From: Arenicellales bacterium
GTDB taxonomy: Bacteria; Pseudomonadota; Gammaproteobacteria; Arenicellales; JBFEOO01
Length of the DNA: 64,000 nt
Direction: 5' to 3'
NCBI GenBank assembly: GCA_041550555.1
Contig: JBFEOO010000002.1
Span: forward strand, 1,865-65,864
The notes under the pieces: model-generated
Database searches by the model: none
What the model saw: the letters and a program-made list of their open reading frames with translations, nothing else
Told to the model about the DNA's origin: nothing
Position numbers and translations under genes: made by a program
Part shown: piece after piece, positions 41,674-50,558 of the stretch
How the letters are laid out: each line of letters starts with the position of its first letter
Numbering within the stretch: position 1 is the stretch's first letter

Positions 41674-42165
41674 ATGCTGCACCCGACATTGACCATTGAG
41701 CGAGTTACCGAAGGCTTCGCCCTGATACAGGACTGGGACCAGCGCTACCAGTTCATCATCGACCTCGGCGCCAAGCTGTCGCCCATGGACGAGGATGCGC
41801 AGAGCGAGCACAACCGCGTCCAAGGCTGCATGAGCAAGGTCTGGATCAGCGCGCAGCGTGACCCGCGGGATGCCGCGCGGATCGTGCTGCAGGGAGAGAG
41901 CGAGACCAGCACCGTCAAGGGCATCGTGGCGATCTTGGTGGCGGTCTACTCTGGCAAGACGCCGGCGGAAATCCAGGCGCTCGACGCCGACGCAGTCTTC
42001 GATGGCCTCGGCCTCTTCGACCACCTGAGCCCGACGCGGCACGTCGGCGTGTATGCCATGGTCGAGCACATCAAGCAGCGCAGCGCGGAGGCGGCCACCG
42101 GCGACTGCGTGCCATCGGTCGCGGCCAGCGCCTCCCTGCCCACTGGGGCACTTGCCGCCGAGTAG
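41674..42165 (+). CDS. sufE: SufE/CsdE-family sulfur acceptor protein
   Basis: The protein contains DWDQRYQFIIDLG, NRVQGCMSKVWI (conserved persulfide Cys) and LSPTRHVG motifs. Confidence 0.85.
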   Translation: MLHPTLTIERVTEGFALIQDWDQRYQFIIDLGAKLSPMDEDAQSEHNRVQGCMSKVWISAQRDPRDAARIVLQGESETSTVKGIVAILVAVYSGKTPAEIQALDADAVFDGLGLFDHLSPTRHVGVYAMVEHIKQRSAEAATGDCVPSVAASASLPTGALAAE

Positions 42166-42481
42166 ACTCCCCGGCCCCAGCCCGTGTCGTAATCGGCGCG
42201 GGCGCCGCCCAGGCGCCTCAGCGGCTGTCGACCGATGCCGCTCTGCCGTACCCGCCCCCTACGGTTTCGATAGCCCGGTGCTAGACTTGTAGGGAGTCAA
42301 CGGCAAAAACACACAACCGAAAGCCGGTCCGGCACTTTGTCGCCTAACGCGTCGGACGGGCTACAGCGTGGTCGCGGGCGCATCCGCCTCGCCGCGATGC
42401 GGCGAGCCGCGGGAGGCTGTCTTTCGCCACGCGCCTGGTCGCGGCCTCGGCCACGAGACCGCACCGGACGGAGGGTAGCGA

Positions 42482-45199
42482 ATGCTTAAGCGTTTGGGGC
42501 TCGTCCTCGCCCTGGCGCTCGCCTGCGCGACCGGCGCCTATGCCGGCGATGGCCGATTCCGTTTACTCGTCGCCAACACCGCGGCGGAGACCGGGGTCAT
42601 GGCACGGCTCGTCGCCGAGTTCGCGAAGCGCCACCCGCAGTATGACGTCGAGATGGAGGTCGCCGGCGGGCTGGTTGTTCTCGAGCGCGCCCGCGAGGGC
42701 CGCGCCGACGCCGTGGTGACGCATCATCCGCCCAATGAGCAGCTGTTCATCGCTGACGGCTACGGCGTATCGCGCACGCTCTTCATGTTCAACGATTTCG
42801 TGCTGCTCGGTCCACCGGACGATCCGCTCGAAATCCAGCGTGAACGCGATCTCGTTCGGGTACTGAACACCCTCGCCGACGCCGAGGTGAGCTTCATGGT
42901 CCAGGGCGAGCGTTCAGGAACCTATCAGAAGCTGGCAGAGCTATGGTCGCTCGCGCAGATCGAGCCTGACTGGATCGGCTACGAGCCCATCGGTACGAGC
43001 TCGGCGAGCACGCTGCACGCAGCCGCCGCCATGGGTGCGTACGCATTCGCCGACATCGGGACCTACCTGGCAAACCGCGCGGAGATTCAGGACCAATTGG
43101 TGCCGCTCTATCGCGATCACCACGCCCTGCGCAACTTCTACCACTACCTCGTCGTCAACCCGGAGACGATCCCCGCCGCCAACCGAGAGGCCGCAGTGCG
43201 CTTCAAGGAGTTCCTCGTATCCGCCGACGGGCAGTCGCTCATCGAGCAGTTCGGCATGGAGGAATTTCAGACGGCGGTCTTCGCGCCCGCCGCTCATCTC
43301 GATCCCGGCCTGCAGGCCGAACAAGCCGCCGCCGAGATCCGGCGCCAGCAACGCACCCTCTACACGGTTTCCTCGCTGGCTCTGGTGCTGGCGCTCTCCG
43401 GCATCATGACCACGTTCCTCTACGTCCGCGCGCGCAGGGCCGAACGCCGTCGCCATGCCAGCGAACAGCGCTTCAAACGGGCGGTAGCCGGCACCAACGA
43501 CGGCATCTGGGACTGGGACCTCACGCGGGATCACGCCTATTTCTCTCCCCGCATGCTGCGAATTCTGGGCCTCTCCTCCGATAGCCAGGTCGCGGAGCCG
43601 CTTCGTCTATTGCTCGGTGCGGCGCACCCCGATTTTCGTGACGCCCTCGAGCAGACGCTGACGCACCAGCTCGACGACGGCGACCGTACCCTGTTCAGCA
43701 CCGAGTTCCGCCTGTGCGACGCGGTCAGCGGCGAGACCTGGGTCATGCTGCGCGGGCGCGTGCTGCGCGACGAACAGAGTCGTGCCTTGCGGATGTCGGG
43801 CTCGCTGAGCGACATCTCCGCGGCTAAACACCAGCAGGCCGCCATCGAACACCAGGCGCTTCACGACGCCCTCACGGACTTGCCGAACCGCCTGCTGCTC
43901 CAGGACCGCCTCGAGCAGAGGATCGGCCAGACGCGCCGCAGCGGCGGCACCTTCGCCCTGCTGATGATGGATCTCGATCGGTTCAAGGAAATCAACGACA
44001 CCCTCGGTCATCAGATCGGCGACGATATCCTCCAGCAGGTGGCGTTGCGCCTGACGACGATCTTGGGCGACTCGGGCACCGTCGCGCGGCTCGGCGGCGA
44101 CGAGTTCGCGGTCCTGCTGCCGGAAGTCAGCGAGCGGCGTGCGAAGCACACCGCCGAGAAGATCCGCCTGGCGCTCAAGCGCACCTTCAGCATCAAACAC
44201 CACAACCTCGTCATCGGGGCCAGCGTCGGCATCGCGATGTACCCCGAGCACGGCGAGACGGTGAACGCATTATTTCAGCATGCCGACGTCGCCATGTATC
44301 AGGCCAAGCACAGCAACACCGGCAGCGCCTTCTACGACGTGGCGGTCGATCCGTACAGCATCCAGCGGCTGACGCTCGAGAAAGATCTGAGCGACGCCAT
44401 CGAGGCGGATGAGCTCGACATCCACTTTCAGCCCAAGATCAACCTGCGTACCAACATGCTCGTTGGCGCCGAAGCGCTGGTGCGCTGGACTCATCGCTCA
44501 CGCGGTGCCGTCCCGGCCGGGGAGATCATCGAGCTCGCAGAGAAGACGGGTCTCATCAAAAACCTTACCTACTGGATGATCGACAAGGTCTTTCGCCAGT
44601 GCGCCGACTGGGCCAAGGAGGGATTCTATCTGCCCGTGGGAATCAACCTCTCGGCGTGGAACGTCCAGGACGCGGCACTCGCGTGGAACGTCGAGAACAA
44701 GCTTTCGCAATGGAAGATACTGCCCGACCAGGTGGAGTTCGAGATCACCGAGAGCGCCATGATCTCGGATCCCGCCAGCGTAGAGCAGACGCTCGAACGT
44801 TTGAACGACATCGGCATCCGCCTGGCGGTCGACGACTTCGGAACCGGTTTCTCCTCGCTGGCGTACCTGAAGCGTCTGCCGGTGCAAAGCGTCAAGATCG
44901 ACAAATCCTTCGTCCAGAACATGTGTGCCGACGACAGTGATCGGTCGATCGTGCGATCCACCATCGAGATGTCTCACAGCCTCGGGCTGAACGTCGTCGC
45001 GGAGGGCGTAGAGACGGAAGAGACGCTGCGACTGCTTAGCGAGCTCGGCTGCGACATTGCACAGGGCTTCCACATCTCCCACCCCCTCCCCGCCGGGGAG
45101 TTCGCGCGCTGGGCTGCGGGCTCCGCCTGGGGATCCCAACCGCTGCACAGCGTTTCGGGAACCGCCTCCTACCGATCAGGAAAAAACCGACTACATTGA
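42482..45199 (+). CDS. Membrane c-di-GMP signalling protein: periplasmic TupA-like solute-binding domain, TM, PAS, GGDEF, EAL
   Basis: - The 905-aa ORF begins with a signal/TM segment.
- A PBP domain follows, resembling tungstate-binding TupA (RLLVANTAAETG..., GYGVSRTLFMFNDFVLLGPPDDP).
- A TM helix lies near aa 296-318, followed by PAS (GTNDGIWDWDL).
- GGDEF is intact (RLGGDEFAVLL).
- The EAL domain is intact (EALVRW, DDFGTGFSSLAYL, KIDKSFV, EGVET). Confidence 0.85.
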   Translation: MLKRLGLVLALALACATGAYAGDGRFRLLVANTAAETGVMARLVAEFAKRHPQYDVEMEVAGGLVVLERAREGRADAVVTHHPPNEQLFIADGYGVSRTLFMFNDFVLLGPPDDPLEIQRERDLVRVLNTLADAEVSFMVQGERSGTYQKLAELWSLAQIEPDWIGYEPIGTSSASTLHAAAAMGAYAFADIGTYLANRAEIQDQLVPLYRDHHALRNFYHYLVVNPETIPAANREAAVRFKEFLVSADGQSLIEQFGMEEFQTAVFAPAAHLDPGLQAEQAAAEIRRQQRTLYTVSSLALVLALSGIMTTFLYVRARRAERRRHASEQRFKRAVAGTNDGIWDWDLTRDHAYFSPRMLRILGLSSDSQVAEPLRLLLGAAHPDFRDALEQTLTHQLDDGDRTLFSTEFRLCDAVSGETWVMLRGRVLRDEQSRALRMSGSLSDISAAKHQQAAIEHQALHDALTDLPNRLLLQDRLEQRIGQTRRSGGTFALLMMDLDRFKEINDTLGHQIGDDILQQVALRLTTILGDSGTVARLGGDEFAVLLPEVSERRAKHTAEKIRLALKRTFSIKHHNLVIGASVGIAMYPEHGETVNALFQHADVAMYQAKHSNTGSAFYDVAVDPYSIQRLTLEKDLSDAIEADELDIHFQPKINLRTNMLVGAEALVRWTHRSRGAVPAGEIIELAEKTGLIKNLTYWMIDKVFRQCADWAKEGFYLPVGINLSAWNVQDAALAWNVENKLSQWKILPDQVEFEITESAMISDPASVEQTLERLNDIGIRLAVDDFGTGFSSLAYLKRLPVQSVKIDKSFVQNMCADDSDRSIVRSTIEMSHSLGLNVVAEGVETEETLRLLSELGCDIAQGFHISHPLPAGEFARWAAGSAWGSQPLHSVSGTASYRSGKNRLH

Positions 45200-45588
45200 A
45201 AAAAAGCGCTGCTATAACAGGCGTCACCGACGCCTGAGCGCGACGAAAACAATATCTAGCGCGAGCCCGCAACCGCCGGATCACAGGGTCCCGCGGAGCA
45301 AAACGGCGGGCATGTCGGCGATGGCGCGGTAACGGGCTGTTCGTTGTCGACGACTCCGGCCGAACGCCGGATGGGGTAAGCGGTGGCAGATTGTTATGCG
45401 ACCGGCAGTAGGGTGCCGCCAGCTCCATGGGGGAGTGGGCGGCGCCGAGCTATTGCCGGTGGCAGCGCCGTGCTTCCCCCCTGCGCGACCACCCATTTCT
45501 ACAACTCAGCAGCAGCTTCAATTACGTCAATTCGCAGCTACAACGAGATCCAAAGCAGCAATCACATACAGCAACAGGAGAAGCAGAA

Positions 45589-46704
45589 ATGTTGGACAAC
45601 ACTGGTGTGTTCGAGACCAATTCGACGTGTTCCGTCTCCCTCGGCGAAATCGAGGCGAAACCCCTGACCAGTTTTTCACACGGCGGCGGCTGCGGCTGCA
45701 AGATCGATCCTACTCAGCTCTCGCAGATTCTCGCCAACGTACCCAGGACGACCCCCGATCCGCAGCTGCTGGTCGGTATCGAAAACAGCGACGACGCTGC
45801 CGTATACCAGATCAGTGACAGCGAGGCGCTGGTCTTCACCAACGACTTCCACACCCCCACCATCGACGATCCGTATGTCTACGGGCGCGCGGCGGCGGCT
45901 AATGCGCTATCCGACATCTACGCCATGGGGGGTCGACCCATCATGGCCACGGCGATCGCCGGCTTTCCCGTCAACGAACTCCAGACCGAGACGCTGCAGG
46001 AGGTCATGCGGGGCGGAGTGGATGCCTGCACGGAGGCCGAGGTTGCGCTGAGTGGAGGCCACAGCATCGACAATCCGCAACCGATCTTCGGCTTGGCGGC
46101 AATCGGCCGCGTCCACCCGAAACGTATCAAGACGAACGCCGCGGCGAAGCCGGGCGACGAGCTCATCCTCACGCAGCCGCTGGGGATCGGCGTGCTGGCC
46201 AGCGCCTACCGCGTCGATATGCTCGACAGCGCTGCCTACGACGAGTTCGTTCGCGCGCTCATGCACATGAACAAGCAGGGCTCTTGGCTCGGGGAGATCG
46301 ACGACGTTCATGCGATGACGGACGTCACCGGCTTCGGGTTGGCGGGGCATCTCGTGGAGATGGCCCGCGGCGCCCGCGTGACCATGGAGATTGCGGCCGA
46401 CGTCGTGCCGGTGCTGCCCAGTGCGCTACCGCTCGCCGAAGAAGGCGTCTTCCCCGGCGGCGCGTATCGCAACATGGAGAGCTACAGCGCCGTGCTTTCG
46501 TTCGGCGAGGACTGGGACTTAGACCATCAGCTGCTCTTCACGGACCCGCAGACCAATGGCGGGCTGTTGATCGCGGTCGACCCCGGTGCGACCCGCGACG
46601 TGCTCAAACGGCTTGCCGACCAGGGCTGCCCGTCGGCCACCGTCATCGGCAGGGTGGCGGCGAAGAGGACCACTGAGCAGCCGCACGTAGCGTTCGTGCG
46701 CTAG
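45589..46704 (+). CDS. selD: Selenide, water dikinase (selenophosphate synthetase) SelD, Cys type
   Basis: The protein has LTSFSHGGGCGCKIDP (the catalytic Cys/Lys loop), DDAAVY, an AIR-synthase-like fold and TDVTGFGLAGH. AGGAG lies 8 nt upstream of ATG 45589. The track ORF from 45427 is an extension. Confidence 0.9.
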   Translation: MLDNTGVFETNSTCSVSLGEIEAKPLTSFSHGGGCGCKIDPTQLSQILANVPRTTPDPQLLVGIENSDDAAVYQISDSEALVFTNDFHTPTIDDPYVYGRAAAANALSDIYAMGGRPIMATAIAGFPVNELQTETLQEVMRGGVDACTEAEVALSGGHSIDNPQPIFGLAAIGRVHPKRIKTNAAAKPGDELILTQPLGIGVLASAYRVDMLDSAAYDEFVRALMHMNKQGSWLGEIDDVHAMTDVTGFGLAGHLVEMARGARVTMEIAADVVPVLPSALPLAEEGVFPGGAYRNMESYSAVLSFGEDWDLDHQLLFTDPQTNGGLLIAVDPGATRDVLKRLADQGCPSATVIGRVAAKRTTEQPHVAFVR

Positions 46705-46722
46705 GAGGCGAGTCACCCTCGA

Positions 46723-47502
46723 ATGGAATTCGCGCTGTATTCGACGCTGTTCGGGCTCGGCTTCGTCGGAGGCCTGTTCTCCGGCCTGCTCGGCATCGGC
46801 GGCGGCATCCTGATGGTGCCACTGCTGCTCTACGTGCCGCCGCTGTTCGGCGTGACCGCGTTGGGCATGAAGGTGGTCGCCGGCATGACGGCGGTGCAGA
46901 GCTTTGTCGGCGCACTTACCGGCGCCGTTGGCCATCATCGTTACAAGCGCATTCATTTGGGGCTCGCGCTGCATCTCGGCGTGCCTATGGCGATCACCTC
47001 GTTGGTCGGATCGATGGCGTCGAAGTACCTCTCCGACACGGTCATACTGATCGTGTTCGCCGCAATGGCTCTTGCGGCAGCGCTGTTGATGTTGGCACCC
47101 CCCCGAGCGGAGAGCACCGACGTTCCGCTGGAAGAGGTCGCGTTCAGCCGTTCACTAGCGGTCCTCGTCGGGGTCGTTATCGGCACCCTGTCTGGCATCG
47201 TGGGCCAGGGCGGTGCGTTTCTTTTCATTCCTGCTATGCTGTTGTTGCTGCAAATTCCCACCCGGGTCGCGATCGGGACCGCACTGGCGGTCGGGATCGC
47301 GGCTTCGGGTGCCGTTTTTTTGGGACGCGTCGGCACGGACCAGATACCATGGGGTTGGTCACTGGCTGTGGTCGCAGGTGTCGTCATCGGCGCACAGCTG
47401 GGAAGCAGGCTCAGCCAATACACGCCGCGAACGGTGCTGCGCGAGATACTGGCTGTCATCATCACCGGTTCGGCGATCAAGATCTGCCTGGAAATCGTCT
47501 AG
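46723..47502 (+). CDS. TSUP (TauE/SafE, DUF81) family anion permease
   Basis: The 259-aa polytopic ORF has an internal repeat with G.GGG motifs (LLGIGGGILMVP and IVGQGGAFLFIP). It starts 19 nt after selD, and the selD stop is embedded in TAGGAGG. Confidence 0.85.
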   Translation: MEFALYSTLFGLGFVGGLFSGLLGIGGGILMVPLLLYVPPLFGVTALGMKVVAGMTAVQSFVGALTGAVGHHRYKRIHLGLALHLGVPMAITSLVGSMASKYLSDTVILIVFAAMALAAALLMLAPPRAESTDVPLEEVAFSRSLAVLVGVVIGTLSGIVGQGGAFLFIPAMLLLLQIPTRVAIGTALAVGIAASGAVFLGRVGTDQIPWGWSLAVVAGVVIGAQLGSRLSQYTPRTVLREILAVIITGSAIKICLEIV

Positions 47503-47583
47503 GTGTGCGGCGTCAGCGGGCCGGACAACGAGGCCGACTTCACCGCCATACGCTGATGGGTCCCTGCGGCGCTAGGTGACGCA

Positions 47584-48225
47584 GTGGCTCAGCGAGGAGA
47601 ACGCAAACCGATACTGCTCACCGGCTTCGAGCCCTTCGGCCGTCACCGCACCAATTCGAGCTGGGAAGCGGTACGCATCGCCGGAGCGGCGCTGGGCCCA
47701 GCGGCACACGTCGCCTGCCTGCCGGTTCACCACCACCACGCGCGCGAGCGTCTGCTCTCACTGCTGCATGAACTTCAACCCCCGATCTGCCTGTTGACCG
47801 GGCTGGCCACGGGCAGCGCTGTTCGCATCGAGCGACAGGCACGCAAGCCCTCCGAATTCGACATCCTTTCGGGCTCAACGCGTATGAGCGGCCACTGGCC
47901 CTGGCGCGAGATGCACCGTGCGGTGCGCCGCGTATTCTCGCCGGTGCGCTTCTCCGACGACGCCGGCGGCTACGTGTGCGAGAGCACCTACTGGTCGCTG
48001 CTCGCTCACCGCACAGACTGCGGTGTCCCACACGACGCCGCCTTCGTCCATTTACCGCCGCTCAGCCGCCGCGCGAGTGCTGAGACGCTGGCGAACGTCC
48101 TGCTCAGCATCCTCGACGAACACCGCTCGCCCTCTCGTCGTCGACCCAACGCCGCCCTTGGCGGGCAGCGCTCCGCCACCATCCGCTACGCCATCGCGTC
48201 ACCGCGGCCACACGGCCGATCATGA
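47584..48225 (+). CDS. Pyroglutamyl-peptidase I (C15) family protein, divergent
   Basis: ILLTGFEPFG...NSSWEAV, RIERQA (Glu), DDAGGYVCESTYW (Cys) and AAFVHLPP (His) align to the Pcp catalytic triad regions. The start is GTG. Confidence 0.65.
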   Translation: MAQRGERKPILLTGFEPFGRHRTNSSWEAVRIAGAALGPAAHVACLPVHHHHARERLLSLLHELQPPICLLTGLATGSAVRIERQARKPSEFDILSGSTRMSGHWPWREMHRAVRRVFSPVRFSDDAGGYVCESTYWSLLAHRTDCGVPHDAAFVHLPPLSRRASAETLANVLLSILDEHRSPSRRRPNAALGGQRSATIRYAIASPRPHGRS

Positions 48226-48277
48226 CGACGCCCGACGCGCTGTGGGCGCGTCGCCGACCCGGCGCGCACGGCGGCGC

Positions 48278-48985
48278 TTAGCGCTTTGCGGTGCCCGGAC
48301 CTGATCCGGCCGCCCGCTCGTCGCGACCGTAGCGGGCGAAACGCTCGAGCACCTCGCTCATCTCTCGCTGCGACAGCAGTACCGGCCGACCCGCCTGCGA
48401 AGCGTGCCAGAACTGGCGTGCCAGCGTCTCGACCTCAACGGCAAGCTCGAGGGCCTCGTCGAGATCGCTACCGAAGCAGATCATCCCGTGATTGGCCAAC
48501 AGACACGCTCTGCGATCGGACATCGCCTTGAGCATATTCCGCGACAGGGCTTCGGTTCCGAACGTGGCGTAGGCCGCGCAGCGAATGTCAGGGCCGCCGG
48601 CGACGGCGACCATGTAGTGAAAGGCCGGGATCCCTCGTCGCAGACACGCAAGGGCCGTGCAGAAGATCGCATGTGCATGCACGACAGCGCCCGCCTCCGG
48701 CCGTTCCTGGTAGATGTCGCGATGCATGCGCCACTCGCTCGACGCACGATGCGGACCGTCGACGCGGCCATCCATGTCCACGCGCACGATCTGTGCCGGC
48801 AGCATGTCGCCGTAACGGAGCGCGGAAGGTGTGATCAAGAAGCCGTCCTGAACGCGGGCGCTCACGTTCCCTGCCCGGCCCTGGTTGACGCCGAGCGCAT
48901 TCATGCGCTGCGCGGTCGCAATGACCGCTTTGCGCAGTCGGATGTGTCGCAGCCGCGGCATATCGTCCAACCCACCGTCGATCAA
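48278..48985 (-). CDS. Class II aldolase/adducin family protein
   Basis: The protein contains GNVSARV, GFLITPS, SSEWRMHRDIY, VVHAHA and LLANHG motifs. Confidence 0.85.
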   Translation of the reverse strand: MIDGGLDDMPRLRHIRLRKAVIATAQRMNALGVNQGRAGNVSARVQDGFLITPSALRYGDMLPAQIVRVDMDGRVDGPHRASSEWRMHRDIYQERPEAGAVVHAHAIFCTALACLRRGIPAFHYMVAVAGGPDIRCAAYATFGTEALSRNMLKAMSDRRACLLANHGMICFGSDLDEALELAVEVETLARQFWHASQAGRPVLLSQREMSEVLERFARYGRDERAAGSGPGTAKR

Positions 48986-49126
48986 CGCGCTTCACCATAG
49001 CACAAGACGACGCCCGGCGAGGCGCACGAGCCGGCATCGGCAACACACCCCGCGCGCCGTATCGCGGTCGGGCTGCTGGACCGTCGCCGGCTACAATACC
49101 GGCTCGCTAACCACGGAGGCGCTTGA

Positions 49127-49933
49127 GTGATGACGGACGGCCCGGTGTTGACCCATCTCGACGAGCGCGGCGTCGCGACGCTCACGCTGAACCGACCCGA
49201 CGCCGGCAACGCCTACAACAGCGAGATGATCGACGCCTTGATAACCGCCTGCGCGCAGGCCTCGCTCGACGACGCCGTGCGGGTCGTCGTGCTGCGCGGC
49301 AGTGGCGACCATTTCCAGGTCGGCGCAGATCTCAAGTGGCTGCGCGCGGTGGGACTGCTCGACGAGGCGCACAACGCCGAGGTGTCGCGTCGAACGGCGC
49401 TGGCCATGAAGGCGCTCAACGCCTTGCCGAAACCCACCCTGGCCCTGGTCCACGGCGGCTGTTTCGGCGGCGGTGTCGGTCTCGTCGCCTCGTGTGACGT
49501 CGTTATCGCCACCCACGACGCCGTGTTCGCCATCACCGAGGTTCGCTGGGGCCTCATCCCCGCGATCATCGTCGCCCAACTCAACGATGCAATCGGCGTG
49601 CGCAACGTGCGCCGCTATGCCCTGTCCGGGGAGCGCTTCGACGCCGACACCGCAAAGCGCATCGGCTTGATCCATGAAGTGGCCCGAAGCGGGGCGCTGG
49701 ACAGCACTGCCTCAGCGCTCATCGACCAGTTTCTGTTGAGTGCGCCGCACGCCGTGGCGCAAACCAAACGCATTGCGCTCGCTCATGCGGACATCCGCCA
49801 CGACGATGAAGGGTACACCGAGGCGCTGGTCGCCCAACATGCGGCCAAACGCCGCACGGCGGAGGCCGCGGAAGGGCTCAACAGCTTCCGCGAGAAACGC
49901 CGGCCCGCCTGGTACCCGGGCGGCACATGCTGA
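49127..49933 (+). CDS. Enoyl-CoA hydratase/isomerase (crotonase) family protein
   Basis: The protein has TLNRPDAGNAY, VVVLRGSGDHFQVGADLKW and GGCFGGGVGLVASCD. The start is GTG 49127 or ATG 49130. Confidence 0.85.
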   Translation: MMTDGPVLTHLDERGVATLTLNRPDAGNAYNSEMIDALITACAQASLDDAVRVVVLRGSGDHFQVGADLKWLRAVGLLDEAHNAEVSRRTALAMKALNALPKPTLALVHGGCFGGGVGLVASCDVVIATHDAVFAITEVRWGLIPAIIVAQLNDAIGVRNVRRYALSGERFDADTAKRIGLIHEVARSGALDSTASALIDQFLLSAPHAVAQTKRIALAHADIRHDDEGYTEALVAQHAAKRRTAEAAEGLNSFREKRRPAWYPGGTC

Positions 49934-50030
49934 GCCGGAGAAGCCGCATCGCGCCGCCGCCCCCTCCGGGGGACAACAGCGCTGAATCCACGCATAATAA
50001 GGCGACCCGGAACCGCCGCAGGAGACCACC

Positions 50031-50501
50031 ATGGCAATCGAGGAAGGCAAGGCTGCCCCCGCATTCACTTTGCCCGACGCCGACGGCAAAAAGGTCAAGC
50101 TCGCTGATCTGCGCGGCAAGGACGTGATCGTCTATTTCTATCCACGCGACGATACGCCGGGGTGCACCAAGGAGGCCTGCGGCTTCCGCGATCTGTGGCG
50201 GGACATCGAGCGCGCCGGCGCCGTCGTCGTCGGCGTGTCGCCCGACGACGGTGCCTCGCACCGTAAGTTCGCGTCCAAGTACGAGCTGCCCTTCACGCTG
50301 CTCTCCGACCCCGACCGGAAGGTGATGACGAGCTACGGCGCCTGGGGCGAGAAGACCATGTATGGCAAGAAGACGACGGGCGTCATCCGCTCGACGGTGT
50401 GGATCGGACCCGACGGCAAGGTCAAGAAGCACTGGAAGCGCGTTGCCCAGGCCGCTGACCACCCGCAGCAGGTGCTCGAGGCCCTGACCGCTGAGGCCTG
50501 A
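50031..50501 (+). CDS. bcp: Thiol peroxidase Bcp (peroxiredoxin)
   Basis: The protein contains APAFTLPDADGKKVKLADLRGKDVIVYFYPRDDTPGCTKEAC. Confidence 0.93.
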   Translation: MAIEEGKAAPAFTLPDADGKKVKLADLRGKDVIVYFYPRDDTPGCTKEACGFRDLWRDIERAGAVVVGVSPDDGASHRKFASKYELPFTLLSDPDRKVMTSYGAWGEKTMYGKKTTGVIRSTVWIGPDGKVKKHWKRVAQAADHPQQVLEALTAEA

Positions 50502-50558
50502 GACCGAAATCCGGGCCGCACCGCTTCGAAAAGACGGGGTCGGCGGCGACGAAACGGG

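Noticed and set aside
45200-45588. Search for tRNA-Sec (selC) or another tRNA upstream of selD
   Set aside because: No acceptor/T-arm pattern (GGTTCGA-type T-loop) and no TCA anticodon loop in a cloverleaf context could be found on either strand.
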